Part shown: positions 56,685 to 64,000 of the stretch, piece by piece
Layout of the letters: each line of letters starts with the position of its first letter
How positions within the stretch are numbered: position 1 is the stretch's first letter
Assembly: GCA_004764695.1 (NCBI GenBank)
Contig: SMSO01000032.1
Span: 744,001-808,000 of the forward strand
DNA from: Schizochytrium sp. TIO01
Lineage: Eukaryota > Protista > Bigyra: Labyrinthulomycetes
DNA length: 64,000 nucleotides
Direction of reading: 5' to 3'
Position numbers and translations under genes: made by a program
Notes under the pieces: model-generated
Told to the model about the DNA's origin: nothing
What the model saw: only the letters and a program-made list of their open reading frames with translations
Database searches by the model: none

Positions 56685-57548
56685 TCAGCTGCTCAAGTCA
56701 AACGCAGCGTCAGATTCACGCATGCTGGCCTTGGTAGCATCCTGCGCAGAATTCATGGGATTCGGGGCGCCTGCTACACACATTTCTACAACCTCGTTGT
56801 CTCCTTCTTCTTCATCACCCGTATCTCCATCTGCCTCCACCTCGCTTCCGCCTTTTTCCTCAGAGCATTCCTTGATAATGCTCGCGTTGTTAGCGTTTCT
56901 CTCTGCCAAGATTTTGGAGGTGCTAGGAGTCAGAGTGCCGTCGGGGACCCCTTCATGACTGACTTCGTTGTGGGTTTTCTCAGCACCATCTGTGTGCTCA
57001 CCCTCAGAGTATTTCGTCTCAGATTGCTCAAGAGTGGCATCTACTGTAAATTCATCTTCGCTGTTTCTTTTCTCAGGCTGTTGGGTGTTTGGGCGCACGA
57101 TTTCTCTCTCCTTCTCCTCCTCATGCTTGCTGGGCTCATCAACTTCCTCAACCCTGTGCTTCTTGGGAGAGACTACGGAATCCTGTGATTCACGGCGCTT
57201 GCCCGGTGAAGATTCTAGAGCTCCTGCAACGTTGGGAGATGCCGTAGCACCCTCGACCATACCCTCGCTTTCCATGTAAAGTTTGAAGGCAAAGTAGAGC
57301 AGTCCCAAGACAGCAGCCACACTTGTACACGCGCAAATGCGGGTTTTCAACACGCTGGACTTGCCTGCTTCAGTACGCAGGAACTGCAAAAATTGAACAG
57401 GGTATGACTGGATCAGCTGGTTCTTAGTGAAGAATTCTAGCGAGCTATCACTTAGATAAGCCCCCGTGGTGAGAACCACAGGAGCAAAGCGCTCAGCAAA
57501 CCTGCGCATAGACATAGCAATGGTACTCACAAACAACGCCTCCATCAT
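56685..57548 (-). CDS. Hypothetical protein, single predicted TM helix and acidic disordered C-terminus
   Basis: Long open frame, first ATG at 57548; hydrophobic segment ICACTSVAAVLGLLYFAFKLY followed by an E/S/D-rich tail. No family recognised. Confidence 0.6.
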   Translation of the reverse strand: MMEALFVSTIAMSMRRFAERFAPVVLTTGAYLSDSSLEFFTKNQLIQSYPVQFLQFLRTEAGKSSVLKTRICACTSVAAVLGLLYFAFKLYMESEGMVEGATASPNVAGALESSPGKRRESQDSVVSPKKHRVEEVDEPSKHEEEKEREIVRPNTQQPEKRNSEDEFTVDATLEQSETKYSEGEHTDGAEKTHNEVSHEGVPDGTLTPSTSKILAERNANNASIIKECSEEKGGSEVEADGDTGDEEEGDNEVVEMCVAGAPNPMNSAQDATKASMRESDAAFDLSS

Positions 57549-58021
57549 CCTCCACCGTATCCTCTGCCAACCTTTCGTTGGTGTATGCTTTTCACGGAGC
57601 GTCCCAAGCTGATGTATTGAAGTTTTGCTGTTTTCATGTTGCTTGTTGGTTTGCGCTCTCAAGAAGGTAATTCTAGTTTCGACTAATTAGCTTTAATGTA
57701 CTCTCAAACTAGGAAACTTCTAGGTGCAATGCTATACAAAGGAGCTACCTGCTCAACAGTTGTGATCTATCAGCCGAACTCTTTTCATTTGCTGCTAGTT
57801 GAGAATGGGCAATCACGGTCTTTGACAGACTATTCGGTGAGAGTAAGTTAACTTTATGAAGCAGGTTGACTCTTGACTTTTGAGAGCGCATGTGCCTTAA
57901 TTTTCTGTCTTTGCCGTAGTCAAAGGATCACATAGAGTATTCTCTAGCTAGAATTAGCGCTCTCGAAAAGCGATGAGAGCGCTCGTCAAGAGACTTTGCT
58001 TAGAAGACCCATTCCGACTCA

Positions 58022-58684
58022 TCATATTCTTTCAAGCGTGCCAACTCTAATGCATTTGTTTCTAAAGAAGCCTTGGCGTACTCTCCAGAGGAGGCTAGGG
58101 ATGTGATGACTTGACCTCTTGCGTTCTTGTTGAAGCGTCATCAAGTAAAGGCGCTTGGGGAAAAGTTGCAGTTTGGCGAGGCACGCGAGGTCGTTGGGTG
58201 AAGACTGGAGCACGTAAGGATGGACCAAGTCAGTGCATGGCGGCGCCAGGCCGCTGCGTTCGAGAACCCAGGTGAAGATCACGCGCATGGTTCTGCCGTT
58301 GCCATTGGCGAAGGGGTGGATGTCAAGGAAAGAGGCAGAAAACCTAGCGATGCTCTCGACGGACCCCGTGTCTCTAGTTCTCGAATCAATCTTTCAATCT
58401 TGGCGTGGATTCCGTGTGGCAGACAATAAACAATAATATCCTTCAAAAGTTCGCCATGTGAAGAAAGTCTTTTCGTAAAGGCTACTAAATCCTAATTTTT
58501 GTGAAGAAGGTAAAACGTTTTGGTTGATCGTTTGTAGAAACGCGATCGTTAGGCCGCCGTGATGCGACCGCGCGAAGTCCAACGCAAGGCCCAGTGCTAA
58601 GGCCTTTGCCGGGGTCGGGTGCGAGGACTCCATATCTAGAGCACTCGCCACGAAGCGCGCGCGCAAGTACGGCGGTAGTGGCAT
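58022..58684 (-). pseudogene. Fic/Doc-domain protein (disrupted in this sequence by two apparent frame breaks)
   Basis: Manual translation upstream of the track ORF 58022-58288 gives IARFSASFLDIHPFANGNGRTMRVIFTWVLERSG (Fic HPFxxGNGRxxR motif at 58283-58318). Flanking Fic-like segments are LTIAFLQTINQNVL, VYCLPHGIHAKIERLIREL (+1 frame) and KRLYLMTLQQER. Confidence 0.8.
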
Positions 58685-59392
58685 ATATGGAGTCCCACTT
58701 ATCACTTTTGAACTATTGTTAACACAAAAAAATAAATATATATATAGATCTTGTTTCAAGATATTGTCCCCAATGTTTCATGGAGTTATTAACTAAAGTA
58801 AAGAGAATATAATATGCCCAGCCCACGTGTTGATTGATTCTCTCAAAATATGTAGACGAATTCGCCCAGGGATGAATTCAGGGTGTAGTATAGAAGATAA
58901 GTTCTATCAAATACACAATAATGTGTTTCGAATACATGACCTAGTGGCTTGCCGCGCTCCATTGCCGTTCTTAGAACGTTCTCTTAAATCGACATAAAAT
59001 ATTTCATACTTTGGGGGATAGAAGACCTAGAGGACACAAATGTATATGATTGAGCTCACCAATGACTGTGTTGGACTCCGATCTTAATATATGGGAAAGC
59101 AAATATGACTACGACGAGGAAGAAGAAAAAGCATTGTATGCAATAACTTACTAAACCTAGCTAGTGGGTTTCATTATTTTTAATTTTCAGCATTAAAACT
59201 TTTCATTTAAAAAAAATAATATTTAAAGGGTCTAATTTAGTTCCGTTACGTATCGATAGTCCATTTATTCTTCGACATGAACAATTGGGTCTCGCTTCAA
59301 CAACCGAACCTCCAGACTGATAATTTCACGTAGTGGTTGCTGAGCAGCTCGATCAAACATCCTCAACAACGCAACGCAACGCCGCAAAGGAA

Positions 59393-60322
59393 ATGGAGAT
59401 TGTAGCTGAGAGCAAGAACCTCAGCGGTCCTGCAACAGGTGTACCGGGAAAAGGAAAGCCGCTCATCAGTGAAGTGCCCGGCGAGCGTCATCAATGGACC
59501 TTTGAGCCTCTACGAAAAAACGAGGAAGGTCTCCTTGGAGATCGCGAAAACCAGGAGACATTGCTTCGATGGGGCCTTGATCAAACTCTTATTCTCGAAA
59601 AATTTAGGGTAACTTCTGGCGGAAAGGATCTTGAGGGAAATCCAGAAGCTGTTCTGCTTGACTTCTTTAACAGTTCACAGGTACAAGCCCACCTTCAACA
59701 AGTGTGCTCAACACCAGAGCGATCAGCCTTAAAATACCCGCATGGAGTGTACCATAAGGTCGGGAACAAAGCTCTACGTACTTCCCAGACAGACCTTTCT
59801 CTTTTCCATCGTTTGAAGAGTTCAGAGCATCGGCTTGCAACAGAGCAGGGCTACCTTCGCAAGTGCATGGACGAGATTTATGATGGAGCTACAAGCACGA
59901 CTCTTGTGGGGGATATGCTTTTGAATGAAGAATCAGAGCACTACGATACCTATTCGGAAGAAGAAAAGGAGGAGCTGTTATTTTGTCTATTCCGTTGGCT
60001 CATGGTCGGGGGTACCCTCAACCAGGCCGATGAGAATCTGCAACCATATATGAATATGCTAAAACGTCTTTATAAGGAGCTTGTTTGCGTCGTGAAGGAC
60101 CTCGACACTCAACAGATCCGTGTGACCTCTCGGCCATTTTTGGTTTCATCTTTAGATCAAAGCGCAAGTGACCTATTCACGGTACCAGAAAACTCTCACA
60201 ACGTTTGCATAGTGGTTTTCCATCCTCAGCAATACACTGTGACATACCTTTTGCTCTTCATTCATCCCTTACCTTTAAAATTTCCGTCTTTAACTGAAAA
60301 TGTAATTTTCAAGGTTCATTGA
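59393..60322 (+). CDS. CFAP300: Cilia- and flagella-associated protein 300 (C11orf70/DUF4498-like)
   Basis: ETLLRWGL, LLDFFNS, DMLLNEESEHYDTYSEEEKEELLFCLFRWLMVGGTLNQADENLQPY...LYKELVCV resemble the CFAP300 family. First ATG is at 59393; the true stop may be at 60278 (see findings). Confidence 0.8.
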   Translation: MEIVAESKNLSGPATGVPGKGKPLISEVPGERHQWTFEPLRKNEEGLLGDRENQETLLRWGLDQTLILEKFRVTSGGKDLEGNPEAVLLDFFNSSQVQAHLQQVCSTPERSALKYPHGVYHKVGNKALRTSQTDLSLFHRLKSSEHRLATEQGYLRKCMDEIYDGATSTTLVGDMLLNEESEHYDTYSEEEKEELLFCLFRWLMVGGTLNQADENLQPYMNMLKRLYKELVCVVKDLDTQQIRVTSRPFLVSSLDQSASDLFTVPENSHNVCIVVFHPQQYTVTYLLLFIHPLPLKFPSLTENVIFKVH

Positions 60323-60471
60323 CACAAACATCGTACTAATATTATTTCATAACTATTAAATTTTGTTTATGAGGTATACAACAACATTCCCCAACTCCAT
60401 CTCAGTCATGTTAAGGGTGGTTCCTTCATTCACGTGATTTCTCAGAAGACATCGAATGGAGATCATGTTGA

Positions 60472-62028
60472 TCATGCTTCTGCTTCTTTTCCTTCTTTTC
60501 CTTCTTTCCTTCTTTCTTTCTTGCCTTTCTTCTTTTTTTGCTTTTTACTATCTTTTTTGTGCTTTTTGCTGCTCTTTGTCTTTTTCTCTTTCTTATGCTT
60601 CTTACCCTTTTTGGATTTTTTATCCTTCTTGTGCTTTTTCTTTTTATTCTTTTTATCCTCCTCGTCATTGTCCTCACGATCGAGTTTTCTCTTGGTGCTC
60701 GTGCTAGATTGACTTCTGGAAGATCTACTTGAACCTGAAGATGAATGTGATGAGTAGGAGGATCTGCTTGAGACAGAGCTGTAACTCCTGCTAGATCCTG
60801 AGCTAGAATCAGAATCTGAACGGCGACGGCGGCGACGTGGACTATCTAAGTTGCTATAATGACGACGACGGTAGGCTTCCACATCAATAGACATACTTCG
60901 ACCACGGCTAGCCTCGTGGCAAAGAGAAGATTGCCCAAGAGGTTGAGGCGCTTGAGAGCTCTGTGATACCTCACTTCTAGCTCTGCGAGGATCAGAATCT
61001 TGGCGTTCTTGGATAGAACCTTTGTTGTGTTGATCTCGCTCTAGTGAGTGACGATCATCCTCGTGATGACGAGAACTATAGGTTTCACGCTTTACACGAG
61101 GTGGACTTCTGCTACGGTAGCGTTGTGGGGGCGGACTACGGCTGTAGCGACGCCTGGGGCTGTATCCACGTCGGTCCAGACTTGGGTATCTTCTACGATC
61201 AGGACTAGGGCTTCGATAACGTTCATAATCCCGAGAGCTGCGATAGTCCCGATGGTCACGATGATCCCGATGGTCGCGATGATCCCGATGGTCGCGATGA
61301 TCCCGATGGTCGCGATGATCCCGATGGTCGCGATGGCCATGATGGTCACGATGGTCGCGATGATCGCGATGGTCGCGATGGTCGCGATGGTCGCGATGGT
61401 CGCGATGGTCGCGATGGTCGCGATGGTCGCGATGCTCACGGTGATCACGTCTGGAATGACTATGTTCGCGCTCATGGGTTACATTTTCTATGAGACTTCG
61501 TGGATTCCCCTTTTCTGTTTGCTCTTGAATATGCGTTTTGGTAATTGCTGTTTGTGAATGAGATTTCACGCCTTTCGGGGCTCCCGGCAAGGTTACCTGC
61601 GAAAGCTTACCAGGGACCAATATCGCGCGAAGTGGCATTCCTTCTAGCTCTGCTCCAGCTTCCCAGCATTCCAGAGCCTTTTGAGCTGCATCAATGTTCT
61701 CGAATTGGATGTAAACCCAGTGGCGCTTGAAGGAGATGTCCTCAATCTTTCCATAAGCACCAAAGATCTCCTTAACATGGTCTCGACTTAATTTGTTCAC
61801 TCCTTGTGGAGGTTCCTGAGCTCGACGGCGTTTGCCTCCTTTCTGCGGTTGATTCTGGACAGGATTTTCGGTCAGTGAATTAGGATTAAACGTCGGGCCC
61901 GATGGTTGAGGCCATGAGGTTTCGGGCTTGTTATCCGCTGGAGTATGAGTCACACAAAGCACTGCGGCCTCTGAAGCCGTAGATAAACCTTGTTCAGGCA
62001 CCGTTGCAGTACCCTTGTCGCCATCCAT
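60472..62028 (-). CDS. RRM + Arg/Ser-rich RNA-binding protein (RNPS1-like RRM) with HRD repeats and Lys-rich tail
   Basis: LSRDHVKEIFGAYGKIEDISF...VYIQFENIDAAQKAL RRM; RSPSP/RSRSP repeats; poly-Ser and Lys-rich tail. First ATG is at 62028; the true stop may be at 60426. Confidence 0.8.
   Translation of the reverse strand: MDGDKGTATVPEQGLSTASEAAVLCVTHTPADNKPETSWPQPSGPTFNPNSLTENPVQNQPQKGGKRRRAQEPPQGVNKLSRDHVKEIFGAYGKIEDISFKRHWVYIQFENIDAAQKALECWEAGAELEGMPLRAILVPGKLSQVTLPGAPKGVKSHSQTAITKTHIQEQTEKGNPRSLIENVTHEREHSHSRRDHREHRDHRDHRDHRDHRDHRDHRDHRDHRDHRDHHGHRDHRDHRDHRDHRDHRDHRDHRDHRDHRDYRSSRDYERYRSPSPDRRRYPSLDRRGYSPRRRYSRSPPPQRYRSRSPPRVKRETYSSRHHEDDRHSLERDQHNKGSIQERQDSDPRRARSEVSQSSQAPQPLGQSSLCHEASRGRSMSIDVEAYRRRHYSNLDSPRRRRRRSDSDSSSGSSRSYSSVSSRSSYSSHSSSGSSRSSRSQSSTSTKRKLDREDNDEEDKKNKKKKHKKDKKSKKGKKHKKEKKTKSSKKHKKDSKKQKKKKGKKERRKEGKEGKEAEA
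61248..61448 (-). repeat. Coding 9-bp tandem repeat (GATGGTCGC/GATGATCCC variants) encoding (His-Arg-Asp)n
   Basis: About 20 units of a 9-nt repeat, translated DHRDHRDHR... in the RRM protein. Confidence 0.95.
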
Positions 62029-64000
62029 GGTGCCTCGAAAGCGCTCTGTCGCTAAGGCAGTCCCGAAAGACACTACTCTTGTATCTATCTATCTACTCTC
62101 CATCCAGACTCTTGTGGGCTTCTTGCAAGTGAATTATAAGGTTTTTAATAGTAATGTTTTCTGAGTAGTTAATGTGAAATATAGAATAGGACATATAAGC
62201 CAACTTTGGTAAAGTTCACTTTGTCTGTTCCGGTTCAGAGAAGAAGGGATAAAAGTAGTTTATCTAAACTACTAGACAGGTGGTACCTACTACCATAGGT
62301 CAGAATTTAGTAAAGACAATACCTAACATAAAAACTTTAGATCGGATTCCACATTGAGTACACAATGAGCTCAATCGTGCTTGACCGAGATTTGGTTGTA
62401 CTTTAAAGAAATAAATTGGTCCTTGAAAAAGAATGTGGATAGTATCTCTAGGGCTTGAAACGGACATGTATAAGAAGAATATGGAGGACGCTACATTATT
62501 GCCAACACTCTTAAGACGCCCAGATTACCAGCACAGCGGACACGTGCATGATGAGTTGATCAGTTATTCTTACTGCTCCTGATCGTGTGTCTATGAACCC
62601 TGAACAACGCAAGTGCGGAATTACCTAAACTTTAAAGGAGGGTTAATTTTTATTAAGTAGACAAGGTTTAATATTTAGGTAAAGGTGCAACGATGTGAAC
62701 AAATATTATACAGCACAGCAATCAGCATAATTACATTGCTTGTCCCTTCTATCTCTGGGTGGCAGTTTCCAAAAGTGGAGGTTATTTTAAGCTATTTTAA
62801 ATGGATATGAGGAATTTGCCGCGACATAATGATTTACCAAAACGAGGGCAGTCATATCAACGGTGTAGGACTACAAGAGACTTTTCTCCAGATTTTTATT
62901 ATTATCCTGAGAGAATGGACGGGGGTGAGTTTTGGTAAGTTATAATCTAATAAGCGACGTTGACGAAATGGTTACGTGGCACCTGGTCAACGCATGCCAC
63001 AAGACCTTCTCTTGGATTGATATATAGCGTAGCGATGAGCACCCCCCCCCCCAAAAAAATAAAAGAAACACACATAAAAAAAATACTTATAACAATGATT
63101 CATTCATTTGCCAATTTGTATTCACAGCCTATTCAGAATATACGCCGTGCAAGCACCAGACAGCAGCTGTCCACCGTGGTTCCACATCGTAGAAAGGTGG
63201 ATATTTTAGTATTATTCGACGAGATGCGCTAACGATTTATCGGCAACTACCCCCCGGCAATGACAGCGACCATGATGCTCCTCCAACTAACAAGGCATTG
63301 TTCGCAAACTATAAGGAATAGATTACTCAAGGCTGCTTGAAAGAGTTTTGGTAATGCTATTGAAATTCAAACTAGATTCATTTGTCCTGCAGAACTGTGA
63401 TTTTCGAATACTTGTTTAATTTTCATATACACACGACCGAAACCATAGTTCCACGAAGCCTAAATTCACCCAAAAAGTGATATTGGCTCGTTTTACTTTA
63501 TTTTCAAGACAGTAAAAACGCAGGGTAAAAACTCGAAAATCAAATAGAATACAATCAGAAAGCAAGCGAACTCAAATCTTAAACAATATGTTGTTTTGTT
63601 GTAACTTGACCAGGTCTTTGTTCACGACCAAGCTCTTTCATTTGTTTATTTAGTTTGTCATTATTTCAAGTCAATTCCTTCCTCATTTGGTACATAGGGT
63701 TGATGCCTTAGCAATTTTTTTTCCTTACGTTGTGAGGAATTATAAAACCTTCATTTGGGAAGTACCTGGTAGGTGGGGTGTTTTATCTCAGAATAGCATT
63801 CATTTAGGCCTTTGGTGAAAAATAGAGGTTAGATATGAGTATAGCAAGGTCGAGTATTTATTGCAAGTTTGTTAATCTCGAAAGAAAGGATGAAGTAGAA
63901 ACAGTGAACATGTTGATTATTTGGGTAGTGTACTGAAACGGTTACATGGGTTAACTAGCTTGTTCAGTTTGGAACAGAAATCGTCTTTTAGTAGGACGAG

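Noticed and set aside
58394-58396. In-frame TGA upstream of the Fic motif as possible selenocysteine or readthrough
   Set aside because: The +1 frame across this segment (VYCLPHGIHAKIERLIREL) fits a Fic fold better, so two compensating indels are more plausible. No SECIS-like element was seen.
61048-61557. ORFs with VAMVAM/ATIATI repeats, and a superficially CRISPR-like array
   Set aside because: These are other frames of the HRD 9-mer repeat. There are no unique spacers and no cas genes.
1-64000. tRNA/rRNA genes, transposase/RT/integrase ORFs, viral hallmark genes
   Set aside because: The GTTCGA occurrences I checked lacked cloverleaf context, and no such ORFs were recognised. tRNAscan-SE, Infernal and RepeatMasker would be needed to exclude them formally.

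Overview
This is eukaryotic nuclear DNA: intron-poor CDSs, long AT-rich spacers with tetranucleotide microsatellites, and genes for DDX6, TOP2, a FYVE protein and CFAP300. The architecture suggests a flagellated protist such as a thraustochytrid/labyrinthulomycete, but that taxon is an inference. About 16 genes are supported: an aquaglyceroporin, a FYVE protein, a CaaX-terminated ankyrin protein, an ACOT9-like thioesterase (split by a frameshift), FolD, DDX6/Dhh1, a tandem two-domain cytochrome b5, ECI1, topoisomerase II, three tandem TPMT-family methyltransferases, an orphan membrane protein, a Fic-domain gene, CFAP300 and an RRM/RS protein. The most notable items are (1) a Fic/Doc-family gene at 58022-58684 (HPFANGNGRTMR motif) that the ORF track does not show; (2) three TPMT paralogs with presequence-like N-termini, one frameshifted and one with an in-frame TAA; and (3) recurrent single-base frame breaks, most simply long-read homopolymer errors, although two share a CTTT context. 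Several spacers look like decayed coding sequence. I found no rRNA, tRNA, CRISPR array or intact transposon.
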